This document shows, one piece after another, positions 9,325 to 18,431 of a stretch of 64,000 bases of DNA. The notes beneath the pieces were generated by a model. It ran no database searches. It was not told where the DNA came from and worked only from the letters and a program-made list of their open reading frames with translations. This DNA is from a virus (Duplodnaviria; Caudoviricetes): the IMG/VR virus record IMGVR_UViG_3300031965_000009, positions 1-64,000 of that record; one strand, given 5' to 3'. The translations under genes were made by a program, and so were the position numbers. Within the stretch, counting starts at the first letter, position 1; every line of letters starts with the position of its first letter.

Positions 9325-10125
9325 ATGACTACTACAATGATTATTGTCAGTGACCTTCATATCAACTCAACTATTGGCTTGCTTGCCCCAAGCGTCAGAC
9401 TTGCTGACGGCCAGCATATTTCACAATCACCTGCTCAGGCATGGAGTTGGCAGAAGTATCAAGACTTCCTTGCCCAACCCAAGAAAGGCAGGATTGTGAC
9501 TGTATTTAACGGGGAGATAGCGGACAAGAACTATCACCCCACGACTCAGATAATCACTGAGGATGTACCATCTATCATCGACATGTCCTTAGCAACCATA
9601 GAACCTTTGGTTTCAATTAGCGATAAAGTTATTGTCACCCGTGGCACGGAGGCCCATGCGGGGATTGGTGGATATATTGACGAGCTTATCGCAAGAGAGA
9701 TACGTGCCGAAAGGCTTGGCGGGAGTGACCATGCTCACATGTGGGCTGAGTTCATGGTAGAAAACGTCAGGTTTGACATAGCCCACCATCCCAGGTTTGG
9801 GGGCGGGAGCTATCATACCAGCCATAATACGGCAGGGAAGCTGGCCGCAGACATGGTTATGTACTGCGCCAAGTACAACCGCCCGTTGCCAGACATTCTT
9901 ATACGCAGCCATAACCACAGCTTCTCTGATTCAGGCTTGAACTACCCTGTTCGTGCCCTTGTCACACCACCGTGGCAATTGAGTACACATTTCTCGCACA
10001 GGCTTGGCTATGGCGGCAAGCTCATGCCCATCGGCGGGGTGCATGTTTACGTATCAGGCGGCAAGTACCACATAGCACCGTCGCTGTACATGCCCGATGA
10101 TTCAGGTGAGGTACAGGCGGTATGA
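9325..10125 (+). CDS. Calcineurin-like metallophosphoesterase
   Basis: Motifs SDLHI, NGEIAD, RGTEAH, IAHH and SHNH. Confidence 0.8.
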   Translation: MTTTMIIVSDLHINSTIGLLAPSVRLADGQHISQSPAQAWSWQKYQDFLAQPKKGRIVTVFNGEIADKNYHPTTQIITEDVPSIIDMSLATIEPLVSISDKVIVTRGTEAHAGIGGYIDELIAREIRAERLGGSDHAHMWAEFMVENVRFDIAHHPRFGGGSYHTSHNTAGKLAADMVMYCAKYNRPLPDILIRSHNHSFSDSGLNYPVRALVTPPWQLSTHFSHRLGYGGKLMPIGGVHVYVSGGKYHIAPSLYMPDDSGEVQAV

Positions 10126-10367
10126 CCGAGCAAGAACTACTTGAGGCCATCAGGCAGGCGCATGTCATAACCAGTGACGAGCAAGCCATGACCACAGAAG
10201 AGATATGTCAGGCTACAGGCATGGGGGTTAAGGCAGTGAGGGCAAGGTTAAAGAAGCTGGTTGGAGAGGGTAAGATGAGTGTGACGTGGGTCATGCGGGA
10301 TACATTGACCACGCCATTAACCGGTAGGCAGGCCCGCGTCCCTGGCTATAGGGCGCATGGGGCATGA
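10122..10367 (+). CDS. Winged-helix DNA-binding protein
   Basis: MTTEEICQATGMGVKAVRARLKKL HTH pattern; ATGA-type coupling. Confidence 0.65.
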   Translation: MTEQELLEAIRQAHVITSDEQAMTTEEICQATGMGVKAVRARLKKLVGEGKMSVTWVMRDTLTTPLTGRQARVPGYRAHGA

Positions 10368-10667
10368 TGGCTCTGCTCTCAGAGTAGCGACATCATTGCA
10401 CAGGTGATAGAACCTGCCACCCCGTAACCCATGCTTGTCGATATAGCTATACAATTCTTGGTCTTCAAACCCAAAGCGGCCGAACTCACCCCATAGCAGC
10501 CACGAGAGGCCGGCATCAATGCCAATGAGCCTGTATTCGCCGTGACTGATAAGACCCGCGGCCCCACCATTCAGGCATTGTTGACAACCTCCCTCGCTTG
10601 CTTGTAATTCCTGGCATGGCACGATCATGTCATACCCACATAGCTTTTCGTTGGTTCTTTCAATCAT
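10317..10667 (-). CDS. Cys-rich CxM-family protein (CPM)
   Basis: Paralog of 10660-11001 and 20137-20493 (YDMIVPC...GEYRLIGI...GGRFY). Confidence 0.65.
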   Translation of the reverse strand: MIERTNEKLCGYDMIVPCQELQASEGGCQQCLNGGAAGLISHGEYRLIGIDAGLSWLLWGEFGRFGFEDQELYSYIDKHGLRGGRFYHLCNDVATLRAEPSCPMRPIARDAGLPTG

Positions 10668-11001
10668 GTTTCACCTCCATCATGCACATGTCTTCCACGA
10701 CCTCGAACGTGCCATCGCAGGCATACAGGAACATGCCGTCCAGGCCATGTTGCAGGACATGTTCTCTTAATTCACAGTCAGGCCAACCACTTGCAAAGAA
10801 CCCGCCCAGCAATAACGATTGTCGTCGGCCGTTGTATTCCCCACCATCAACACCAATAATGTATATTTCACTATATCTTTCTACATCGCGGGCTTGCACG
10901 CAGCAGAAGCCATCTTCGTCATTACACTTCCTCACAAGCCTTCCTTTCTTTGGCATGATCATGTCAAAGCCATGCAACGTTTCTCCGGTTTTAACGAACA
11001 T
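10660..11001 (-). CDS. Cys-rich CxM-family protein (CMM)
   Basis: FVKTGETLHGFDMIMP...DMCMMEVKHD. Confidence 0.65.
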   Translation of the reverse strand: MFVKTGETLHGFDMIMPKKGRLVRKCNDEDGFCCVQARDVERYSEIYIIGVDGGEYNGRRQSLLLGGFFASGWPDCELREHVLQHGLDGMFLYACDGTFEVVEDMCMMEVKHD

Positions 11002-11446
11002 TATACCCCTCCCACCTGTCATATGCAGTCATCCAATAGTTACTGCTTGACCGCCTCGATGCAATATAAAACTCCACCCCAAACGCATCGACAAGTTCGC
11101 CTGGCATGTATAACGGGAATTCTATCTCAATTGTTTTCATGCCCTTGACCTTGTTCGTTACCAGCTTTTCTGCCATTTCCCATGTCTTTGGTCTTTCAAC
11201 TTCTTTTATGAATATACTAGGCATGTCACCACTCACTCCTTACTATAAACTGATTCTCTTGCCTGCCAATGTTCCACTTCTTTACCTTTAACTCATGACA
11301 TATGGCCTCGCACAGGTCTGGAGGCATTCCAGGCGCAAAGGTTATATGCTGTACATTCTTTGCGACAAAGTAATGATTGCCAGCTATCCTTGCAATTTCC
11401 GTATAAACTGTCTTTGTATCGCTAATGCTTATTGTACTAACCATTA

Positions 11447-11665
11447 TCACTCCTTGCTCATCATGCACTTGTGTTCATGCACTAGCTCTAAGGAAGAGCT
11501 AAAGAAGCTGCATCTATGATAGGGGCCGGTAAATAAGAGGCCGTGGTAGTATCCGCCGGAACAGTTGTGGGTGCTAATAACCACACCCTCCATGCCCTCC
11601 CACAGCGAGCCTTTTCTTGTCACCCTGACCTTATCACCCTTATTAAACCTTCTTTCGTTTATCAT
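11447..11665 (-). CDS. Small KOW/SH3-like protein, CxM family (CMM)
   Basis: FNKGDKVRVTRKG...HKCMMSKE. Confidence 0.7.
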   Translation of the reverse strand: MINERRFNKGDKVRVTRKGSLWEGMEGVVISTHNCSGGYYHGLLFTGPYHRCSFFSSSLELVHEHKCMMSKE

Positions 11666-12465
11666 GTCACCGGTATCCTTAACCCATGCTTCATGCGGGC
11701 GAACACGTACCCATCGCCGCCGGCATTTGCCAGGTTGCTTGTTGTTATCAGTATCGTGGCCTTGTCATCATGGTCGTATCTTGTGTTAATAGCGTCAATG
11801 ATATACTGTACATCATTACCAGTTATGCGGTCTATCTCGTCTATGACCAGTAATCGGGGGCGCAGGACGCTGTCGTTAAGGTAATCTATCTCACTGCTTT
11901 CCCTGTCCCCCCATGTCTTCTTGATTTCCATGACTAGCTGCCTGCTTGTCTTGTAGACAGCATGTACCCCATGCCTGCATGCGTTCATGACCACTATCTG
12001 AGCCGCAGTGGTCTTGCCCATGTCATGCGGCCCGAACAGGGTTATCATGCCCCTGCATTCCGGGAAGGAGAGCATGAATTCTTGTAATGTCTCGACCATC
12101 AATTCCCTGCCAGACATGCCATCATAGTAGTTGAATGACTTCGTCCTGTCACCCATGGGCACGCCGCATGAATCAAGGAGCATGTTCACCAGTTCCCCTC
12201 TATCCCCATTGCACATGATGCATGGGACAGTATGACTCTCCCCGATGTACCAGCCCCCATCCTGGTCAGGTATAGCCACCTTGCCACCGCCTGTCATGGG
12301 ACGATGGGTGGTCTTTTGTGAAAGGATAGAGGTTATCACTACTACTCCAGCCCCACCACAGTTACTGCACCTGTCTAGCTGCTTGCCTATGCCAAGCAAG
12401 CCAAGCTCATGCCCGGCCTCAAATGTCGGTATGTTAGCTAACCTGATATTGTTAATTGTTTTCAT
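11662..12465 (-). CDS. DnaC/IstB-like AAA+ ATPase (helicase loader)
   Basis: CxxC pairs (CSNC, CIMC), Walker A GPHDMGKT, Walker B LLVIDE, TINTRY and ITTSN. Confidence 0.85.
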   Translation of the reverse strand: MKTINNIRLANIPTFEAGHELGLLGIGKQLDRCSNCGGAGVVVITSILSQKTTHRPMTGGGKVAIPDQDGGWYIGESHTVPCIMCNGDRGELVNMLLDSCGVPMGDRTKSFNYYDGMSGRELMVETLQEFMLSFPECRGMITLFGPHDMGKTTAAQIVVMNACRHGVHAVYKTSRQLVMEIKKTWGDRESSEIDYLNDSVLRPRLLVIDEIDRITGNDVQYIIDAINTRYDHDDKATILITTSNLANAGGDGYVFARMKHGLRIPVT

Positions 12466-12739
12466 GCGCCCATGCCTTGAGGGCGTCGCTATCCCACTCG
12501 TTCTCGCTAACTTTCATGTTCATGCTTTCGATGTTACTGGCCACATAGCTGCATGACAGGTACTTGTCCTGCCAAAACTTGTCTTGTTTTATCTTCATGT
12601 AAGCCTGCACTATCTCCTCCTCGCTGTACCCACGGGTAAGCATGTTCTTCACGCCGCTGCATTCCCTGCCATAGTTTGGTACTATCGTAAGCCCCAATTC
12701 TTTCCCAATCCTGCCAACTATCTCACCTGGACTAGACAT
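12452..12739 (-). CDS. Small protein resembling a replication-initiator C-terminal domain
   Basis: GYSEEEIVQAY...DKFWQ motif, immediately upstream of the DnaC-like gene. Confidence 0.45.
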   Translation of the reverse strand: MSSPGEIVGRIGKELGLTIVPNYGRECSGVKNMLTRGYSEEEIVQAYMKIKQDKFWQDKYLSCSYVASNIESMNMKVSENEWDSDALKAWAHENN

Positions 12740-13616
12740 GCTCTTCCTCCTTGTTTCTCATGGCCTCAGCTATAGCATCGGCCACACTAATTCTTGTTAC
12801 CCTCTCGAATACTTGAAACGCAGGTGCCTCGTTAGCCTCTATAACATACACCTGTCTTGTGTCGCTATGCCTGACAAGGTCAACGCCACAGACACTTATG
12901 CCCAACGTCATGGCTGCCTGTTCTGCCATTCTTGCTACGTCAGAAGGGAAGCGACCGCTCTTGAACCGCTTACTCTTGCCATTAGAAGACGAGCAGACCA
13001 GCTTGTTCTTCTTGGGTCGGCGCTTGTACATGCCAATGCACCTGCCGTCAATGACCATAGCTCTATAGTCGCCGTTATTAGGTATGTACTCCTGCACCAG
13101 CCACTCCGTATCCACACCAGTAAACCCCTCTCCGTTCTCTTTACGATTCTCTAATGTTCCTCTAATCTGGTGTTCTATATCCTCTTCTCTAAGCAGGAAC
13201 GTGCCCATGCCTTTCCTGCCGTTCCGGTTGAACTTGAGTATGACAGGGTAAGAAGAGAGACTGGCAAGGGCCGTGTTAAGGGATGGGTAGATGGTTGTTT
13301 GCGGTTGATTAACCGCATCAAGCAGCTTTGTATAGTGCATGTGCTTGCTTCTTGCCCCAGGCCCATCTGTCAGCAGGTAGTTATCCATGATGATCTTACC
13401 ATGTTCCCTGCCCCATGCCACAAGCCTGTCTACAGTCCTGTACGCCCTGCCAACCGCCCTGAAATACCACAAGTTATCATTGGCTATGTCTACGGTTGCA
13501 TGTCTTGGTCTGCCAGACATGTCGAAGCTTATGTCGTGGTACATGACCACGTCCCAGCCGGCCTCGGCAAGCCGCATGTCGGTGTATTCGTTTTCAATAC
13601 GCTTGAACGCTATCAT
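12732..13616 (-). CDS. RimK-like ATP-grasp ligase
   Basis: Motifs LVQEYIP, DYRAMVIDG, CGVDLV and YVIEANEAP; TAATG coupling to the upstream gene. Confidence 0.88.
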   Translation of the reverse strand: MIAFKRIENEYTDMRLAEAGWDVVMYHDISFDMSGRPRHATVDIANDNLWYFRAVGRAYRTVDRLVAWGREHGKIIMDNYLLTDGPGARSKHMHYTKLLDAVNQPQTTIYPSLNTALASLSSYPVILKFNRNGRKGMGTFLLREEDIEHQIRGTLENRKENGEGFTGVDTEWLVQEYIPNNGDYRAMVIDGRCIGMYKRRPKKNKLVCSSSNGKSKRFKSGRFPSDVARMAEQAAMTLGISVCGVDLVRHSDTRQVYVIEANEAPAFQVFERVTRISVADAIAEAMRNKEEEHV

Positions 13617-13831
13617 TATCTCTTCTCCATGATACATATACTTTCTAATCTGTAACCATATAAACCATGCCTGCCCTCTTTGGGAACTTCAACATCATAA
13701 TACCAACCATCAGCAGAAAACTGATCCGGCCTGGCATCCATAATATCTACCACCAATCCATACCATCTTTTGGGCCAGCCACGAGTATGTATTATTCTTG
13801 CCTTATCACCTATTGCGAATCTTTGCTTCAT
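13616..13831 (-). CDS. Small KOW/SH3-like protein, CxM family (CIM)
   Basis: FAIGDKARI...ESICIMEKR. Confidence 0.7.
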   Translation of the reverse strand: MKQRFAIGDKARIIHTRGWPKRWYGLVVDIMDARPDQFSADGWYYDVEVPKEGRHGLYGYRLESICIMEKR

Positions 13832-14034
13832 GTCCCTTCCTCCATCATGCATCTACCTTTCTCGATGACCACTAGCTGATGTACGGGGTTGAAAGCCTGA
13901 TCATCCCACCGTTGTTGTGTACATGCTTCATCGTCACACCACCAGCCCCACACCTTTTCACCGTCTATATAGGTCACTATAGCATACCCATCTGTAATCA
14001 ACGACTGAACCTTATCACCCACTTCTATGTTCAC
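13828..14034 (-). CDS. Small KOW/SH3-like protein, CxM family (CMM)
   Basis: GTG start; IEVGDKV...GRCMMEEGT. Confidence 0.7.
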   Translation of the reverse strand: MNIEVGDKVQSLITDGYAIVTYIDGEKVWGWWCDDEACTQQRWDDQAFNPVHQLVVIEKGRCMMEEGT

Positions 14035-14264
14035 CCTTTTCCTCCCTGCATCATGCACCTGCCTTTCCCGATTATGGTTACGGTGTCTTCGTAGGCATAC
14101 ATCTCTTTGTTACCGTATGCTAGAACAGTGCGTTCCTTATCGTAGTACCACTCTCCCCATACTCGAGATTTCCCAAAATGTAGCGCGAAGTCAACCCGAG
14201 TCACAACCGTATAGATTCTTAGCCTACTACTGCAAACCAGATCACCTACTTCCACTGCCATCAT
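14031..14264 (-). CDS. Small KOW/SH3-like protein, CxM family (CMM)
   Basis: VEVGDLV...GRCMMQGGKG. Confidence 0.7.
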   Translation of the reverse strand: MMAVEVGDLVCSSRLRIYTVVTRVDFALHFGKSRVWGEWYYDKERTVLAYGNKEMYAYEDTVTIIGKGRCMMQGGKG

Positions 14265-14329
14265 TACCTCCTTGGGGCATGTAAGGGGCATGTAACATGC
14301 TCATTACATGCCCCAATACTTATAGCACG

Positions 14330-15184
14330 CTAGAACAATGGGGCCGGCGTTGTGACAAGCTCAAGACCAAACTGCTGGTTAAGCTCATTCACGATGTCTG
14401 CATGAACCATGCCACCATTAGCCAGGTCAATGTACTTGCCAACAATAATGCACAGGTTCCATTGCCCGTCCGGCGTCCCCAACCATTGACCTGATGTAAT
14501 ACCAGTTCTGGTCAGGATAGTCAGGATGTCATCTCTGTCTGATTCGTGCCAGATAGCTACTGCGTCAAGCCATGACTCAGCCACAGTCTCGATATTTTCT
14601 GGATTGATGAGGGTCAGGAAGGCTTGCTGGTCATCGTTGCTATCTGCATTGACATTTCCAGCAAGCTCTAACCCTGGCCGCCACCATGTCATGGCCCGTG
14701 ACATGATCAGGTTTGATATTGTCTGTTGTTGCTCTGCTGTATGTGATGGGAACTTTGTGGCTACAATCTGTGCTGTAGCCTGGTACATGCCCGCCATGTA
14801 CTCGGCTATATACTCCCATGCCTTCATGTTTCCAGGTGGCTGCGGCTGCATGAGCATGTTACGGCTATCACCAACAGGTGGTGGCAGTGAAGCAAGCTGC
14901 TTGTTAGTGTAGGCCGCAACCGATGGCTGTCTGGCCTCCTTGATAATTGTGTACCCGCCCCGGTCTGACATATAACCAAGCGTGATAGGGTCGCCTTTTG
15001 CAAGCCCACAGATGTAATCCACATCGTCATGCCCGACCTTGCGATAAAGCCTGACCACGCCCCCAGTACTCTTTGGGGCCGAGGGATCATCCATCATGAT
15101 GGCTATGTTATAAGACGGCCCAAATCCACCATCATGTGGTTCTGGGCCGGTAGGCCATTGTATTCTTCCTGTATATATTTCCAC
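14330..15184 (-). CDS. Hypothetical protein
   Basis: 284-aa ORF with an AAGGAG RBS; no family recognised. Confidence 0.6.
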   Translation of the reverse strand: MEIYTGRIQWPTGPEPHDGGFGPSYNIAIMMDDPSAPKSTGGVVRLYRKVGHDDVDYICGLAKGDPITLGYMSDRGGYTIIKEARQPSVAAYTNKQLASLPPPVGDSRNMLMQPQPPGNMKAWEYIAEYMAGMYQATAQIVATKFPSHTAEQQQTISNLIMSRAMTWWRPGLELAGNVNADSNDDQQAFLTLINPENIETVAESWLDAVAIWHESDRDDILTILTRTGITSGQWLGTPDGQWNLCIIVGKYIDLANGGMVHADIVNELNQQFGLELVTTPAPLF

Positions 15185-15198
15185 GTCTTTGTTTCTCC

Positions 15199-15960
15199 TT
15201 AATCTGGTAGGTTGTAAATTTCTTCTATCACCATGATTGGTAAGTGTGCTTTCATGGCAATGTAAGCCTGTAATGCTTGTCTGGTTGACTTGGCGTCAGT
15301 CATTTCCTGGCCGTTATTGTAGCCGTACACGAGCGAGCGGGACGTGCTCTCGATATTTGCGGGGACGATAAGGTTGCGCATGACATTGACGGCAGACGCC
15401 TTGCTGTCAATAGCCGCTCTGCTATCTCTGCCATCTTCCGTCGTGCTTGTGACATGACTGACATAGTAGTTTACTCTTCTTCGGGCGGCGGACAATTCTT
15501 CTAATCTTGCGTTAATGTCTATATCATTCTCATACACCACCCTGCCGTCATCATACACGCTCATCTCGTGCTCGTAGGGCCATTCGGTACCATCAGGTGA
15601 CTTGATCACCCAGTTGTTTATTGACCAGCCATCAGGCAACATGTACTTACCGATGGCCCATTCATGCCATGGCAGCATGTTCGTGGCGAACAGACGAACA
15701 AAGCCGTCTGCCTTGCCGCCAATGTATTCATTGGCAGAGAAGAACATGCGGCATTCGTCAGGCAGGCGACACCCGGTCTTGACCCAGGCCACGAACGGGT
15801 AGTCGGGCCCATGCGGGCAACCATGGCCAGGCTCTGGGGCAAGCAGGAATTCTACCACCTCGTCGTTCGGCACGCCAGACTTCATCTCGACTAATCTATG
15901 CCCTTCTTTCTGGCATAGCGTATCAGTTAATTCTTTCAGTGGGTTTGTGTTGTTAAACAT
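15199..15960 (-). CDS. Hypothetical protein
   Basis: Long ORF overlapping the end of the M28 gene; no family recognised. Confidence 0.6.
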   Translation of the reverse strand: MFNNTNPLKELTDTLCQKEGHRLVEMKSGVPNDEVVEFLLAPEPGHGCPHGPDYPFVAWVKTGCRLPDECRMFFSANEYIGGKADGFVRLFATNMLPWHEWAIGKYMLPDGWSINNWVIKSPDGTEWPYEHEMSVYDDGRVVYENDIDINARLEELSAARRRVNYYVSHVTSTTEDGRDSRAAIDSKASAVNVMRNLIVPANIESTSRSLVYGYNNGQEMTDAKSTRQALQAYIAMKAHLPIMVIEEIYNLPD

Positions 15961-17437
15961 GTGCATTATCTCCTTTACTAATAACATTTGTCAATATACT
16001 TGCGGGAACGACATAGAGTTCCTCGCTTCCACCCCTCTTTATACAAACCGTCTCCTTCTCTTTGCTGACGACCAGATACTCCGAGCGTGGCGTGCCCTGC
16101 GATACATGGGTCGGAAGAAGCATGACCACATCGCCCACCGCCAGGTTGCCTTCATACTCCTGCACATTGGTCAGGTCGTCAGGTGACATGTAAACAAACT
16201 CGCCTGATTCTATGAACGCCACCAATGCCCACCCTTCATCAATCATCTCGATGGTTGCAACCTGTCCGTCAATAGTGATGCGCGTGCTATCTACCAGTGA
16301 TTGTATAACTTCGGGCTGGTGATAGGAACACATTTCAGCACAGAAGGCGCAGAAGTAATAACCATTCAGCACCTCCCATTCACTGTTTATCTGATTCATG
16401 CAGTTCGGGCAGGACACACCATGGTCAATATCGCTCACCCATGCGGCAATGTCCACAGGTAAGCCATATTCGTCCGTCACCACCCACATGTCCCGGCGGG
16501 GGACAAAATCCAACATGCCAATGACAGCCATATTGTCTGGCCTGTCCTTGGCCGACATGACCACAAGATCGCCCTGTCGATACTTCTTGCTGATCTGATC
16601 CGGGTAATATATGGTTGTGGCCGATGTTTGCCAGGGGTCATCACGACGCTGGTAACTCCACGAAGAAGCAGCAGGGACGTGCTCGTAGCGCACATCTTTG
16701 TGCTCGGCATAGAAGTCCCTGAATAACTTCATGGCCCTGACCCATTCGCTAATGACGAACCATGCTTTTCTTGAGTGCCCGTTCTGGTAGCCGATGGCAA
16801 TGTTCATAGCTTTAACATTGGTCTGCTTCTGGAACTCAATGGCCGATATGTCAGTGAACGAGCCATGCCCTGGTTTCTTGAATCCTGCCTTGACGAGCGT
16901 TTCGTTCCATGTCTTGTCATTGCTACCGTAGGCATAGGTAACGACATCATTTTCTCCGCAATCGCTCGACCCGGCCCTGTCAAACTCCACGCACCAGCCA
17001 TACTCCTTGCCGTCGTTTACCCAGTCCTTTGCGGTGCTCTTACCTGTCTCCTCACCTTCGGTCAGCAGCCAATCAACATCAATGCCCCACTCTTCCTTGA
17101 GCAGGAACATGGTGATGAGGCCCAGCCTGTCGTCAACTGTCGGCATCTTGATGATTTGCCTTCCATGCTCGTCCAGGCCACTGTTCCAGTGGAACCCCTT
17201 GCGGGGGGAGAGAACCGTGTCAAGGTGGCAGACCATGAGCACCTTGCTTTCTGCCTTCCCTGGGATAAAGATATGCCTGCCATTCTTGCCTGTTCGGGTG
17301 TACTCCTTGAACATGTAATTAAAGAAGTAATTCTCGCCACGAGAGGCAAGCTTGATTATCTGCTTGTAATACTTGGCGAGGAGGTTCTTACCCGTCTCCT
17401 CACCTTCTTCGTCAATCTCGATTTTAAGTTTATTCAT
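15953..17437 (-). CDS. M28/M20-family Zn peptidase with C-terminal SH3-like modules and a Zn ribbon
   Basis: Metal motifs CHLDTV, DDRLG, EGEETG, EFDR and GHS. C-terminus has RQGDLVV and AVGDVVM modules plus CPNC...CAFC. Confidence 0.8.
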   Translation of the reverse strand: MNKLKIEIDEEGEETGKNLLAKYYKQIIKLASRGENYFFNYMFKEYTRTGKNGRHIFIPGKAESKVLMVCHLDTVLSPRKGFHWNSGLDEHGRQIIKMPTVDDRLGLITMFLLKEEWGIDVDWLLTEGEETGKSTAKDWVNDGKEYGWCVEFDRAGSSDCGENDVVTYAYGSNDKTWNETLVKAGFKKPGHGSFTDISAIEFQKQTNVKAMNIAIGYQNGHSRKAWFVISEWVRAMKLFRDFYAEHKDVRYEHVPAASSWSYQRRDDPWQTSATTIYYPDQISKKYRQGDLVVMSAKDRPDNMAVIGMLDFVPRRDMWVVTDEYGLPVDIAAWVSDIDHGVSCPNCMNQINSEWEVLNGYYFCAFCAEMCSYHQPEVIQSLVDSTRITIDGQVATIEMIDEGWALVAFIESGEFVYMSPDDLTNVQEYEGNLAVGDVVMLLPTHVSQGTPRSEYLVVSKEKETVCIKRGGSEELYVVPASILTNVISKGDNAHV

Positions 17438-18431
17438 TCCGGCACACCTCGCATTCACATTTCCATGCCCCCTCAGACAATCTACCACATTTGTGTGGCG
17501 TGGCGCTATTGCTAACGCATCTGTCACAGTACCACCTGTTGCTACCGTGGATATAGAACATCTTGTAGCTCTCGTTCCAGTTATCGCATGAAGAACATCT
17601 ATCCCCGCATTGAGGGCAAAGACTTCGCCCATCCTCCCCACTTTCGAGGATGAATTTCTTTTGACAGATAGAACAGGTATAATGCTTGACCTTATTGACC
17701 AGCTTAAGCGAAATGGACACCTTGTGCTTCTCTCCGGCTCTACCGATGGCCCAGGGCGTGGACTCGTTCAGGTACAGCAGGCTTGACTGGCTTATATTCT
17801 CAAGCTTGTATAGCTCAGTCCTTTCCCCCATGCGTGCAAACGCCTCAACCAGCACGGCCCCAAACTTCTCGCCATTACCACCAAGACCGTAGTAATTGAA
17901 CAGCATGATGTCCGTGCCTTTGTGGATGGGCAGGAGAAAGGCTCTGGCATCGCCCTTGAGCGTGCCATAGAAAGCATTGTTTGGCCCACCGCCAGGAGCA
18001 AACAGGCGCAACGTCTTACCACCCATTCTCCGCATGTTTTCGGGGTGGTGGAAGTAACTATTACGTAGGCAACTCCCCTTCTTGCGGAAGCTCCCTTCCG
18101 GCCACGTCATGATTTGGGAGGTGATGTCAAACCTGATAACATTGGCCGGAGTGCTATTTGCTTCGGCTAACAAACCGATCTTTTCCAGCTTGTCCCTGCC
18201 AACCTTTTCGCCAGTCCATGCCCCTGCCCAGTCTGCCAACCTGGTGGTAAACTTGCCATTTGGGGTGACAAGCCGCCGGTCAAAGCCTGTCGGCAGTTCA
18301 GATGGGGGCATGTTTAGCACCGCCGACACCTCGCTCATGCCCCGTTCCGTGACAAGTCTATCCCCATCGCTCTCGATAGTGACAAGCGTGTCCTCGCCAT
18401 AGTAACCTATAAGCTTTTCCAATAACATCAT
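17430..18431 (-). CDS. Hypothetical protein with C-terminal Zn ribbons
   Basis: Internal GSCLRNSY; several CxxC pairs at the C-terminus; coupled to the M28 gene. Confidence 0.6.
   Translation of the reverse strand: MMLLEKLIGYYGEDTLVTIESDGDRLVTERGMSEVSAVLNMPPSELPTGFDRRLVTPNGKFTTRLADWAGAWTGEKVGRDKLEKIGLLAEANSTPANVIRFDITSQIMTWPEGSFRKKGSCLRNSYFHHPENMRRMGGKTLRLFAPGGGPNNAFYGTLKGDARAFLLPIHKGTDIMLFNYYGLGGNGEKFGAVLVEAFARMGERTELYKLENISQSSLLYLNESTPWAIGRAGEKHKVSISLKLVNKVKHYTCSICQKKFILESGEDGRSLCPQCGDRCSSCDNWNESYKMFYIHGSNRWYCDRCVSNSATPHKCGRLSEGAWKCECEVCRNE

Noticed and set aside
7271-14058. ORF-track starts MHDEQ/MHDGG/MHDAG as a shared N-terminal signal
   Set aside because: These are out-of-frame readings of the upstream gene's TGCATGATG (CMM) codons. 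The real starts lie downstream of the RBS.
16775-17515. 246-aa plus-strand ORF
   Set aside because: Antisense shadow of the M28 peptidase.
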